In this document: piece after piece, positions 43,113 to 52,410 of the stretch
Layout of the letters: each line of letters begins with the position of its first letter
How positions within the stretch are numbered: the stretch's first letter is position 1
Origin: Kofleriaceae bacterium
Lineage (GTDB): Bacteria > Myxococcota_A > Polyangia > Haliangiales > Haliangiaceae
Direction: 5' to 3'
NCBI GenBank assembly: GCA_965215005.1
Contig: CBDCCZ010000006.1
Span: 96,001 to 160,000, forward strand
DNA length: 64,000 nt
Notes under the pieces: generated by a model
Databases searched by the model: none
Told to the model about the DNA's origin: nothing
Seen by the model: only the letters and a program-made list of their open reading frames with translations
Translations under genes and position numbers: made by a program

Positions 43113-43918
43113 CGGTACGGCGCCGCTGCGCGCAGTGCCTGCTTGGCGGCCAAAGAAACCGCCGCGTCGCCGCGATGCGTCGCGCGTTCGGCGAGCTGCT
43201 CGACCTCGCGGCGATGCTGCTGCGCTGCCAAATCGCCGAGCAGCATCGCTGCGTCTTGCGTGCGCCCGCTGCGGGCGAGAAGGCGCGCGCGCAACAGCAA
43301 CAGGTCGCGCCGCGCGCCGCGGGCGAGTCGCCGGGTCGCTAGCGCGCGGTCGACGTGCTCGAGCGCCGGCGACAGCTCGCCAGCGGCTTCACCGACACAC
43401 GCCGCCGCGTAGCCGACAATCGGCGCACGCGGCCGGGACGTGAGCAGCGCGGCGACGAGCTCGCGAGCCTCCCCGAGCCGGCCGAGCTCGGCCAACGCCA
43501 CCGCACGCAACGCATCGGCGGTAATGTCGCTGCCGATGCGCGTGTAGATCGCGTCGATGCTGAGGAAGTCGACCACCTCGCGCGAATCTTCGAGGCGATC
43601 GCACTCGACCAACGCCAGCAACAGCGAGCGCGCTGTCCAGCCAGTGCGCGGGCTTCCGAGCTGGCGCTCACGGTGGAAGCGGCGCTCGAGCAGCCGCGCC
43701 CGGGCCCACGCCGCCCGCGGATCCCGCGCAAAGCCGCCCCAGCCATCGCGTTTGCGCGCGATCCCGAAGTAGTCAACGACCAGCGCCGCAGCGGTGAGCA
43801 CCAGCGTCGCGGCGGCAAGCGGCGGAAACACCAGCATCGGGCTGATGAGGCACGCCAAGACCACGGCAAACAGCCCGAGAATGACGAGAACCGCGGTCCA
43901 AAGGCGCCAGAACGCCAT
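43109..43918 (-). CDS. Hypothetical membrane protein with TPR-like helices
   Basis: Two N-terminal TM segments and Ala/Leu/Arg-rich helical repeats. Confidence 0.6.
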   Translation of the reverse strand: MAFWRLWTAVLVILGLFAVVLACLISPMLVFPPLAAATLVLTAAALVVDYFGIARKRDGWGGFARDPRAAWARARLLERRFHRERQLGSPRTGWTARSLLLALVECDRLEDSREVVDFLSIDAIYTRIGSDITADALRAVALAELGRLGEARELVAALLTSRPRAPIVGYAAACVGEAAGELSPALEHVDRALATRRLARGARRDLLLLRARLLARSGRTQDAAMLLGDLAAQQHRREVEQLAERATHRGDAAVSLAAKQALRAAAPYR

Positions 43919-43966
43919 CGCTCGAGCTTACCCCAGCGAGGTCATCGAAGCTGGTAATTTCCCTGG

Positions 43967-45157
43967 ATGCTCTCCGTTGCCCAAGCATTCGCGCGCATTC
44001 ACGAGCGAGTGCGCCTGCTGCCCACAGAGACCGCGCCCCTGCGCGCCGCTGCGCATCGCGTCCTGGCGACCGACGTCGTAGCAGCGCGCGCGCTGCCGCC
44101 TTACGACAACTCGGCGATGGACGGCTTTGCGGTGCGCGCTGCGGACGTGCCAGCGACGCTGCCAATCGCCGGAACCGTCGCCGCCGGCGACGCCCCCGAT
44201 GCGGTGCTGGGCGCGGGAACGGCGCTGCGCATCATGACGGGCGCGCCCATGCCGCGCGGCGCTGACTGCGTGATCATGCGCGAAGACGTCGAAGACCTGG
44301 GAGATTCGGCGCGGTTTCCCGCAGCCGCGGCGGGCCGCCACATCCGCCGCGCGGGCGAAGATATGGCAGTGGGTGCGCTCGCGGCGGCGCGCGGTACCCG
44401 CCTCGATGCCGGCACCATGGGGCTGCTCGCCGCCCTCGGCGCCGCCAACGTGTCGCTGTCGCGGGCGCCGCGCGTTGCCATCCTCTCGACGGGCGATGAG
44501 CTGGTGGAGGTCGACGTCGAGCCTCGTCCTGGGCAGATCGTTAGCTCGAATGAGCACGTATTGGCGGCGCAAGTAACCGAGGCCGGCGGAGTCGCACTCT
44601 GCAAAGGCATCGTGCGCGATGATCGTCGTGCGGTGGTCGCAGCGCTCGCCGAAGCGCTGCATGATACCGACGTCCTAGTGACCTCCGGTGGCGTGTCCGT
44701 TGGCGACTACGACTTCGTCAAAGAAGCCTTGAGCGACCTCGGGATCGAGCTCGATTTTTGGAAGGTGGCAATGAAGCCCGGCAAGCCGCTGGCCTTCGGC
44801 GTCTCCGGCGGCGGCACGCTGGTGTTCGGACTTCCGGGCAACCCGGTCTCGTCGATGGTGGTGTTCGAGCTGTTCGTGCGTCCGACGTTGCTGGCGATGC
44901 AGGGGGCGCGGCGTCTACAGCGGCCGCGCGTTCGGGCCGTGTTGCCGCAGGGCTACCGCAAGAGCCCCTCGCGCGCGCATTTCGTCTGCGCGACGCTGGA
45001 TTGGAGCGGACCAGAGCCAATGGCGCAGCTGCGCACCCAAGGCTCGGGCTCGTTATCATCGATGGCGGGAATCGACGCGCTGGTCGAGATTCCCGCCGAG
45101 GTAGAGCAATTGCCGCCGGGCGCCACCGCCTTGGCATTGCTCGTCCGCCACGCATGA
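43967..45157 (+). CDS. moeA: Molybdopterin molybdenumtransferase
   Basis: PPYDNSAMDGFAV, IMTGAPMP, STGDEL, TSGGVSVGDYD, MKPGKP, GLPGNPVS. Confidence 0.95.
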   Translation: MLSVAQAFARIHERVRLLPTETAPLRAAAHRVLATDVVAARALPPYDNSAMDGFAVRAADVPATLPIAGTVAAGDAPDAVLGAGTALRIMTGAPMPRGADCVIMREDVEDLGDSARFPAAAAGRHIRRAGEDMAVGALAAARGTRLDAGTMGLLAALGAANVSLSRAPRVAILSTGDELVEVDVEPRPGQIVSSNEHVLAAQVTEAGGVALCKGIVRDDRRAVVAALAEALHDTDVLVTSGGVSVGDYDFVKEALSDLGIELDFWKVAMKPGKPLAFGVSGGGTLVFGLPGNPVSSMVVFELFVRPTLLAMQGARRLQRPRVRAVLPQGYRKSPSRAHFVCATLDWSGPEPMAQLRTQGSGSLSSMAGIDALVEIPAEVEQLPPGATALALLVRHA

Positions 45158-46071
45158 GCGACCGCGGTAACGCGATCATCGAGTTGATCGTCGAGAGCGG
45201 CGAAGCAGGTCGCGTCGATCGGTTGCTCGCGGCTCGTTTTCCGGCCATCGGGCGTCGCGCGCTCGCCGCGGTGTTTGCCGCCGGTGAGGTGCGAGTCAAC
45301 GGCAGGCGCGCCAAGAAAGGCATGACTGTCGCCGCGGGCGATCGCATCGCGCTGCGCCCGCCAGAGCCGCCGGCAAAGACACCAATCACGCCCCAGCCCG
45401 GGCCGCTCGAGATTCTCTTCGAAGATGACGAGCTGGTCGTGGTGAACAAGCCGGCGGCAATGCCGAGCCATCCGCTGCGCGTCGGCGAGCTCGACACGCT
45501 GGCAAATCGGCTCGTAGCCCACTATCCCGCCATGGCCACCGTCGCCGAGGATTACCGGGAAGCGGGGCTGGTCCACCGACTCGACACCCCCACCTCTGGA
45601 TGCTTGGCAGCCGCCAAATCTCGCGCGGCATGGCTGGCGTGGCGCGCGCGGCTGAGCAACGGATCGCTCGAGAAACACTACCTAGCCGCCGTTTGCGGCC
45701 CGATAGCCGATCAAGGCGAGTGCCGCGCTGCGCTCGCCCATCGCGGCGATCGCATGGTGGTGGTGCCAGACACTGCTGCAGATGGTCTCACCGCAGTGAC
45801 GCGCTGGTCGGTCATCGACCGATGCGGCGAGCACGCGCTGGTGCGGGTGGTCATCGACCGCGGCCGCCGCCATCAAGTTCGCGCGCACCTGGCAGCGAGC
45901 GGCGCCGCCATCGTTGGCGATCCCATCTACGGCGGTCCGCAGAACGCTGATGGCCTGTTCTTGCACGCAAGCGAGCTGGCCAACAGCCACGGCACGCCTT
46001 GGCGCGTTCACGCGCCGCTTCCCGGGCAGCGCCTGATGACGCTGCGCGCGCTCGGCTTACGCCAGCCATAA
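45154..46071 (+). CDS. RluA-family pseudouridine synthase with S4 domain
   Basis: RVDRLL...GEVRVNG (S4), VVNKPA, VHRLDTPTSG, GRRHQVRAHL, IVGDPIYG; ATGA overlap with moeA. Confidence 0.92.
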   Translation: MSDRGNAIIELIVESGEAGRVDRLLAARFPAIGRRALAAVFAAGEVRVNGRRAKKGMTVAAGDRIALRPPEPPAKTPITPQPGPLEILFEDDELVVVNKPAAMPSHPLRVGELDTLANRLVAHYPAMATVAEDYREAGLVHRLDTPTSGCLAAAKSRAAWLAWRARLSNGSLEKHYLAAVCGPIADQGECRAALAHRGDRMVVVPDTAADGLTAVTRWSVIDRCGEHALVRVVIDRGRRHQVRAHLAASGAAIVGDPIYGGPQNADGLFLHASELANSHGTPWRVHAPLPGQRLMTLRALGLRQP

Positions 46072-46098
46072 CGGCGCGAAGAACCTAAAGCTTTTGCG

Positions 46099-48351
46099 TT
46101 AGCCTACGAGCTGCACGAGCTTGGTCTGGGCGAACAGGTAAAGAATCCGCAAAAAGCGCTGGCGCTGGCTTTCAGCAGTGAAGCGATCGCTGAGCTCGGC
46201 GAGGGTGCGGCTGCCATCGAGACCATTCCAGATGTCGCGGATATCGGGGCCGAGCTCGAACTCTTCGGGGCGAAGGCCGGCGGTCTTGTCCGAGCGCGGG
46301 CGCGCGTCGAGCCGGGCGCGCGTCCAGCCATCGATGACCGCCGCGGGCAACGCCATGGCGCCAGCGCCAAGCACCTCGAAGGCGTTGAGATCGAGCGGGA
46401 ATGCATCGCGCTGATTCTCGCGGCCTCCATACCAAGAAAAGCTGCCTTTGGTCCAAGTACACACATCGATGAGCTTGTGGCGCACCTGGCGAGTCAGCTG
46501 CCGAAACACGTCGAGCGGCTTCATGAGTCCCAGCCCCACCAAAGTATCGCCGAGCTTGCCGCTGTAGTGCGGCATCATCGCCAGTGCCATCGCCAACTCA
46601 CCCGCGGAGATCACCCCGCGGCTCACCAAGTACTCGCCAAACAGCTCGTGCGCCACGTTGGAGGTAACGAACTCGGGCACGCCGTCGCGAACGAAGATTT
46701 CTTTGCGAATCGCCCCCACCGACACGACCAACAGGCCGGTCGCGCGGGTTACCGCCAACCGATACAGCACTGCAATGGAAGGCGTGCTGGTGAAGTCGCC
46801 GCGGTCGTCGGGCTCCCCCGATACCGGCTCGAGCGGCGGGGGGGTTGGTTGATCTTCGAGCGAGATGTTGAGCGGCCTCTGCACCACTGGCCGCTTGCCG
46901 CTGCCGACGCGTTTGTCGTCGAAGTCGACAGTGGACGGATCGGGCACGTGTTGCGAGAGCGAGGTTACCGCCGCTTCGATCGAAGCGTAGCGAGCTGAGC
47001 CGCTGCTGGTGACTTGCTCTGGCACCGGCTCACCTTTGCGACTCATCGAGAACACACCGCTGCGCTGCCCGGCGCGAGTATCACTGAGATCGACGACGAT
47101 GCTGCCAGACTCGGTCGCGTTGCGCGGTCGCTCGGTTCCGGCGCGTGGTCGCGTCATCACCGGCGTCGGGGCGTCCTCATCGCTCTCTTCGGGATCGTCG
47201 GCGGTCTCGATAGAGATGAGAGGCATGCTGTCGCTCGCGCCCTCGCCCGCTGGAATGCCCTCGATCTGGCCTCGTACCCCAGGCCGCGGCGCGGCCACCA
47301 GCTCGCCGGCCGTCGCCTGCGCCACGCCCTGTGACTGTGCCGAACCCAGTGACTGCACCACTTGCTTGAGCTCTTCGGCGCGCGCGTCGCTCTCGCTCAG
47401 GCCCTGTTTGCGGCGCGTCCAGGCGTCTTCATAGAGCGTCTCGACGATGTCTGCGATGTGCCGCGGCGTTACTCGATGGCGATTGTGAAACAACCACTCG
47501 CCGAGCTCGTCGCGCATCTCGGCAGCGGACTGAAAGCGTTCATCGGCGTTCTTGCGCAGCGAGCGGCGAAGCAACTGGGCAAGCTCCGGGTTGAGATCGC
47601 CGCCGTACTTGTCGAGTCGATCGAGGCGCGCATCGCGAACCATGAGGAGCACATCGAGCTCATTGGCAGCGGCGAATAGCCGCCGGCCCGTGAGCAGCTC
47701 AGCCAGCACGATTCCCACAGCGAACAGGTCCGAGCGATTATCGACCTGCCCCTCGAGCACCTGCTCGGGCGCCATGTACCCATACTTGCCTTTGAGCGTA
47801 CCGGCTTGGGTTAGATGCTCGCGTTCTGCAGCGCGCGCAATGCCGAAGTCGACCAGCTTGACGTCGCCGCGACGCGACAACAACACGTTCGAAGGCGAGA
47901 TGTCGCGATGCACGATGTTCATCGGCCGGCCTTCGGTATCGAGCTGGTTGTGCGCGAAGTCCAGCGCGTCGAGAACCTCGTGAGCGATGTACACCGCGAT
48001 GTGCGGCGGCACTCGCGAGCGGCGATGAGCGCACTCGCGGAGCAGCGATAGCGCATCGAGCCCATCAACGAGCTCCATCGCGATGTAGAGCTGATCGTCG
48101 TAGCGACCGAGCTCGTAGGTTTGCGCGATCTTGGGGTGAACGAGACGCGCGGTGAGCTTGGCCTCGTCCACGAACATCGCGTTGAAGTGCGGATCTGCCG
48201 CCAGGTGCGGGAGTAGCCGCTTGATAACGATGGTCTTGGCGAAGCCGTGCGCGCCACTCACCTCGGCCAAGAACAGCTCAGCCATGCCGCCGATAGCCAG
48301 CCGCGAGAGCAACTGGTAGCGACCGAACGGTATGGGGTAGCGCCCGGACAA
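46099..48351 (-). CDS. Ser/Thr protein kinase with C-terminal DUF4388-like domain
   Basis: LAIGGMAEL, HRDISPSN, DFGIA, GKYGYMAPE; C-terminal RATGLL...KEIFVRDG...FGEYLV...KLGDTLVGLG pattern. Confidence 0.88.
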   Translation of the reverse strand: MSGRYPIPFGRYQLLSRLAIGGMAELFLAEVSGAHGFAKTIVIKRLLPHLAADPHFNAMFVDEAKLTARLVHPKIAQTYELGRYDDQLYIAMELVDGLDALSLLRECAHRRSRVPPHIAVYIAHEVLDALDFAHNQLDTEGRPMNIVHRDISPSNVLLSRRGDVKLVDFGIARAAEREHLTQAGTLKGKYGYMAPEQVLEGQVDNRSDLFAVGIVLAELLTGRRLFAAANELDVLLMVRDARLDRLDKYGGDLNPELAQLLRRSLRKNADERFQSAAEMRDELGEWLFHNRHRVTPRHIADIVETLYEDAWTRRKQGLSESDARAEELKQVVQSLGSAQSQGVAQATAGELVAAPRPGVRGQIEGIPAGEGASDSMPLISIETADDPEESDEDAPTPVMTRPRAGTERPRNATESGSIVVDLSDTRAGQRSGVFSMSRKGEPVPEQVTSSGSARYASIEAAVTSLSQHVPDPSTVDFDDKRVGSGKRPVVQRPLNISLEDQPTPPPLEPVSGEPDDRGDFTSTPSIAVLYRLAVTRATGLLVVSVGAIRKEIFVRDGVPEFVTSNVAHELFGEYLVSRGVISAGELAMALAMMPHYSGKLGDTLVGLGLMKPLDVFRQLTRQVRHKLIDVCTWTKGSFSWYGGRENQRDAFPLDLNAFEVLGAGAMALPAAVIDGWTRARLDARPRSDKTAGLRPEEFELGPDIRDIWNGLDGSRTLAELSDRFTAESQRQRFLRILYLFAQTKLVQLVG

Positions 48352-48724
48352 AGCTAACCAATTCTATCGCGAGGCGCCGCGGCTTGCGAGGCGCCGCGGC
48401 ACGTGATGGCAGCGCCGACGTAGGCACAAACGCGACCGGCGTGGGAGCAGCCGCGACTTGCCCTGCGCTCTCCCACCTCTGGATCACTCGCTCCTGGGGC
48501 ACGCGTGCGTCGCTCATAAGCGATGGTTTCTTGCTGCGCGGGTTGCCCTGCCGACCGTTGGTGGGCTCCTATCGCCGCACCGAATTGCGCGCGAGGACCT
48601 TGCAGAAATGCCCACACCGATCGCCCGCGGTCACCAGCCGCAAAGCGAAGTAACGCGCTCACGCTGCACGCCCCAGCGCCAATGCCCTAGCTCGCGGACG
48701 ATACGACCGCAGGCGGACGCTTCG

Positions 48725-49666
48725 TTGCAGCGCAACACGAAGGCAACCCGCTTCCTCACCATCGTTTGCTTGCTCGCAACCGGCCACGGATGCAGCAACG
48801 GCACGCAGGCGACGTCGCGCCTCGCAGCCGCGGAGGACCCTGCCGTGATAGACACTCCAACACATGAAGCTGACGCAGCGCACGAGGCTGCGGCGCGTGA
48901 GCTACTTGCGGCGCTGAGCGGCGGCTCCTTTGCCGAAGCAACGGCGATGCTCAGCGACGAGCTCCTCGCGAAACTGCCCCCAGAAGCGCTCAAAAACGGC
49001 TGGCGCAGCCTGGCGACGCAAGTTGGCGAGCTGCAGGACGTGGTCGCCACCAAAGCAGAACCATCTGCCGCGGGAGAGGTGGTGACACTGACTCTCGCGA
49101 TGGAGCGTAGCCGCATCAACATGGTCGTCGCCTTCGATGCGCAGGGGCGAGTGAGCGGCCTCCATCTAGTGCCCGCTCCAGCTGCGACACCCGCGCCATC
49201 GAGCGGCCCGAGTTATGCCGACGCGTCTTCCTTCATCGAGTCTGCGATGCAGCTCGAGGGGCTGCCGGCCGATGCCGTCGAACAGGTGAAGCAACTCAGT
49301 GCCGAGCTCCAAGCGCTGGAGGACCCACAATTTTCAGTCAAGAGCGAACCGGTGATGGGCGTGCCTGCAAGCTATTGGGTGGACTTGCTCGAACACGACG
49401 TGGTCGAGCTAGCCGCCACGCAAGAGCTTCCGATGCTCATCTTGCAGGGCGAGCGCGACTATCAAGTCACCAAAGCAGACTTCGCTCGCTGGCAACGCGG
49501 GCTCGCAAGCCGCAAGGGTGTCACCTATCGGTCGTACCCAGACTTGAACCATCTGTTCATGGTTGGCAGCGGCCCACCCTCGCCCGCAGAGTATGATCGG
49601 CCCAATCACGTTGCGGTCGCGGTGATAGACGACATCGCGCAATGGATTCAAACCCACGCGCGTTGA
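48725..49666 (+). CDS. DUF3887-like lipoprotein with only the C-terminal part of an alpha/beta hydrolase (internally deleted; start uncertain)
   Basis: Lipobox-like CLLATGHGC; DUF3887-like ...VAFDAQGRVSGL; then LILQGERDYQV and YPDLNHLF but no HGSG or GxSxG segment. Confidence 0.65.
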   Translation: MQRNTKATRFLTIVCLLATGHGCSNGTQATSRLAAAEDPAVIDTPTHEADAAHEAAARELLAALSGGSFAEATAMLSDELLAKLPPEALKNGWRSLATQVGELQDVVATKAEPSAAGEVVTLTLAMERSRINMVVAFDAQGRVSGLHLVPAPAATPAPSSGPSYADASSFIESAMQLEGLPADAVEQVKQLSAELQALEDPQFSVKSEPVMGVPASYWVDLLEHDVVELAATQELPMLILQGERDYQVTKADFARWQRGLASRKGVTYRSYPDLNHLFMVGSGPPSPAEYDRPNHVAVAVIDDIAQWIQTHAR

Positions 49667-49705
49667 GGCGCACGGCACGAGCGCGCCGCCGATGGCCGAC
49701 GTGAG

Positions 49706-50551
49706 CTAGCGACGGCGATGGAGGTCGTAGCCGCAGCACTCGAGGCCGCGGGCGACGGCATCATCGAAGCGGTCGAAGTGAACGATGGCGCAGCCCCGAG
49801 CGGCATCGTTCCACTGCGGGTGCGACGGCTCAGTGGCCCCAACGATAAGCGCCTCGACGGCCGCGAGCTTGGGATGCTGAAACAAGCCCGAAGCCGCGGT
49901 TAACAGCCCCGGAACCACGGTATCGGGCACACCGGCAACGTCGACGATGACGGCGCGTGCGTCGACGCGCACGACCATCAGCAACAAACGGCCAAACAGA
50001 GTATCGAGAGTCCGGCCGTCGAGCTCGCCAAGCATGATCAACGCCGGCAACTCAGGGGCGATCCGCAGGATCTGGATGCCGTTTTCCAGTCGTTCGAGCT
50101 GGCGCTCGTCGGCTGCTTTGGCACCAGCGGCGCTGTAGGAGTCGAGCGCCAGCACCACGAGCCAATCAAACAACACGGACACAGCAGTGCGCGCGTCGGC
50201 GGCTTGCAGCTCCTGGAGCAGCACGTCGCGCAGACTCAAGAGCGCGGCGCCGACATCGAAGCCCGATCCCGTCGTCGCCGCCGAGGTCGCGCCGAGAAAA
50301 GCAACGCCACGCTCGAGCTCGCGCACTGCTACCGCCCCCGGCTCGAGCGCCGGGGGCTCACCGGCCGCAGGCAACGCGCAACGCAGATGGTCAATCAATC
50401 CCGCAACTTGCGCAGCGAGGGCGGAGGCCGCTGCAGGATCGGGCACGCGCATCGGCGAGGCGGCATACCGCTTGGCCCACCGCTCGACGAGCTCCTCCGC
50501 ACGAAGCGATAGCGCCGCCGACAGCGGTGCGAAAATTTCGTGAGTGCTCAC
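49706..50551 (-). CDS. RsbR-like protein with STAS (anti-anti-sigma) domain (start uncertain)
   Basis: Helical N-terminus, then LIMLGELD...RAVIVDVAGVPD STAS pattern and FDDAVARGL end. Confidence 0.6.
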   Translation of the reverse strand: MSTHEIFAPLSAALSLRAEELVERWAKRYAASPMRVPDPAAASALAAQVAGLIDHLRCALPAAGEPPALEPGAVAVRELERGVAFLGATSAATTGSGFDVGAALLSLRDVLLQELQAADARTAVSVLFDWLVVLALDSYSAAGAKAADERQLERLENGIQILRIAPELPALIMLGELDGRTLDTLFGRLLLMVVRVDARAVIVDVAGVPDTVVPGLLTAASGLFQHPKLAAVEALIVGATEPSHPQWNDAARGCAIVHFDRFDDAVARGLECCGYDLHRRR

Positions 50552-50646
50552 CAGCGCGAAGGGTAGCTCGAAAGCTCGGCAGCGGAAACTCGCCATTGCG
50601 CTGCGACAGGAGCGGTGGTGGCGCCGCTGCGTCCTTTGCACGTAGT

Positions 50647-51423
50647 ATGAGGCACATGCGCGCTCGATCGGTTGGCGTCTCAGATAGAGGTCGCAAGCGC
50701 GTGATGAATGAGGATGCGTTCTTCGCCGATGATGCGCTGCGATTCTACGTGGTCGCCGATGGTGTCGGCGGGCACTCCAAGGGCGAGATCGCCAGCCGCG
50801 AGACCGTCGAGCAGCTACATATGTGGGTGGAGCGCGCCGCTATCGAGTTCGACACACTCGGCCGACAGTGCGAAGCGGGACACGCCGAGTCGCGTTGGGA
50901 GATCCGCAAGCTGCTTGAGAGTGGCCTGCAGGCGGCTTGCTACATGGTGTTTGGCATGGCCGAGCTCGATCCCGACAAGCGCGGCATGTCGACGACCTGC
51001 AGCGCGCTGCTGCTACGCGGTGGCTTGGCGTTCGCAGCGCACGTGGGCGACAGCCGCGTCTATCGGATGCGCAATCGCGAGATCTTGCAGATCACGGAAG
51101 ACCACACGCTCATCAACTACAAGCTCAGGCACGGGCTCATCAGCGCCGAAGAAGCCAAGACTTCCAAAGGCAAGAACGTCATTACCCGCGCCGTGGGTCA
51201 TAAAGACTACGTGCAGGTGGACACTGCCGACGTCGACGTTGCAGCGGGCGACAGGTTCCTTCTGTGCAGCGATGGCATGCACGGCTACGTCCGCGGCGAT
51301 GAGGAAATCGTTGAGCTCTTAGTGGGCGACTCCATCGACGCGTCGGCGCACGCAGCGGTGGCACTGGCCAATCAGCGCGGTGGGCGCGACAACATCACGG
51401 TCGTTGTCGTCGACGTCGGGTGA
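50647..51423 (+). CDS. PP2C-family Ser/Thr phosphatase
   Basis: SDRGRKRVMNED, VADGVGGH, HVGDSR, LLCSDG, GGRDNIT. Confidence 0.93.
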   Translation: MRHMRARSVGVSDRGRKRVMNEDAFFADDALRFYVVADGVGGHSKGEIASRETVEQLHMWVERAAIEFDTLGRQCEAGHAESRWEIRKLLESGLQAACYMVFGMAELDPDKRGMSTTCSALLLRGGLAFAAHVGDSRVYRMRNREILQITEDHTLINYKLRHGLISAEEAKTSKGKNVITRAVGHKDYVQVDTADVDVAAGDRFLLCSDGMHGYVRGDEEIVELLVGDSIDASAHAAVALANQRGGRDNITVVVVDVG

Positions 51424-51436
51424 TCGCCAGAGACCA

Positions 51437-52054
51437 TCAATACCAGCTCAGCGCCGCCACCAGAGAGAGCATCGCCGCACCGTCATCACCGTCGACCGCG
51501 TCGCCATCGTCTTCGTAGCGAGCCAGCGCCAGCGTCGACTCAAGGTCAAGCACCCAGCGGCCGCGGCGGAAGACGTCGTAGCCGACCGAGCCCACCATCG
51601 CAAGCCCGCCGAGCGGCTCCTTTGCGGGGATGTTTGGCTGCTCACGATCGACGAGTCGGGCGGTGCCCAGCAGCGCCTTCACCCAGATGACTTGCCGCAG
51701 ATACACCTGAACGCCAAGCGCCAACACGCTTTGGCTGGCGATGGAGGCGTCATTGACAGCGATGATGTCGGCATCGCTGGTGTTGCGCGAGAATGTCAGA
51801 TGATCGAGCTGAAGGACGAACAGCCAGTTATCGCCTGCCGTGGTGCCAACGCGAAGGGTTGCCGCGCCGCTCGCATGAACCCCTTCGAAGTCGCCGCCGG
51901 TGATCAAGGCGGGTCCCACGCCCGCGCCCACCATGAAACCGCTGCGCCGAAGGGGCGGCGACCGATGCAGGTAATCGCCCGGACGCTCGGCGGCGGCTGG
52001 CAACGCCCACGCAATCACCGCCACGATGACGATGCAACTAGCGCCGCGGCGCAC
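51437..52054 (-). CDS. Hypothetical outer-membrane beta-barrel-like protein
   Basis: Signal peptide (…VIAWALPAAA), alternating beta-strand pattern, aromatic C-terminus (ALSWY). Confidence 0.6.
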   Translation of the reverse strand: MRRGASCIVIVAVIAWALPAAAERPGDYLHRSPPLRRSGFMVGAGVGPALITGGDFEGVHASGAATLRVGTTAGDNWLFVLQLDHLTFSRNTSDADIIAVNDASIASQSVLALGVQVYLRQVIWVKALLGTARLVDREQPNIPAKEPLGGLAMVGSVGYDVFRRGRWVLDLESTLALARYEDDGDAVDGDDGAAMLSLVAALSWY

Positions 52055-52349
52055 GCCAACCCTGTTGTATGGGTGGGACCGACGCGAGAGATTGCCACTC
52101 CACCGCGCTCGCAGCGGCAGCATCGGGTGGCAGCGCCGGAGCATCGATGGCTTGCGCATCCAATGGCGCAGCGGCGTCCGGCGCAGCGCTATCGACCACA
52201 GCGGCGTCCACCGGAGGTGGTGCATCGACGAAGATCAACGCGTCGATGGGGGTGGCGTCGGGCAGCTTGGCGACGATGTCGCTACCGACATCGGTGCAGG
52301 CGGCCACCGCTAAGACGGCTAGCGCCGCACATGTGCGCCTCAAAAACAC
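52038..52349 (-). CDS. Small Asp/Ala/Pro-rich lipoprotein
   Basis: LAVLAVAAC lipobox and repeated xDA motifs; overlaps the start of the downstream gene. Confidence 0.55.
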   Translation of the reverse strand: MFLRRTCAALAVLAVAACTDVGSDIVAKLPDATPIDALIFVDAPPPVDAAVVDSAAPDAAAPLDAQAIDAPALPPDAAAASAVEWQSLASVPPIQQGWRAPRR

Positions 52350-52410
52350 GACCCTCAGAATAGCACTCGCTGTTGTCGAGCACGTAGCCGCTCTCCTACT
52401 CTAAGGAAGG

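Noticed and set aside
52360..52386. CIRCE-like ATAGCACTC-N9-GAGCACGTA
   Set aside because: The right arm matches poorly and the flanking genes are not chaperones; likely chance.
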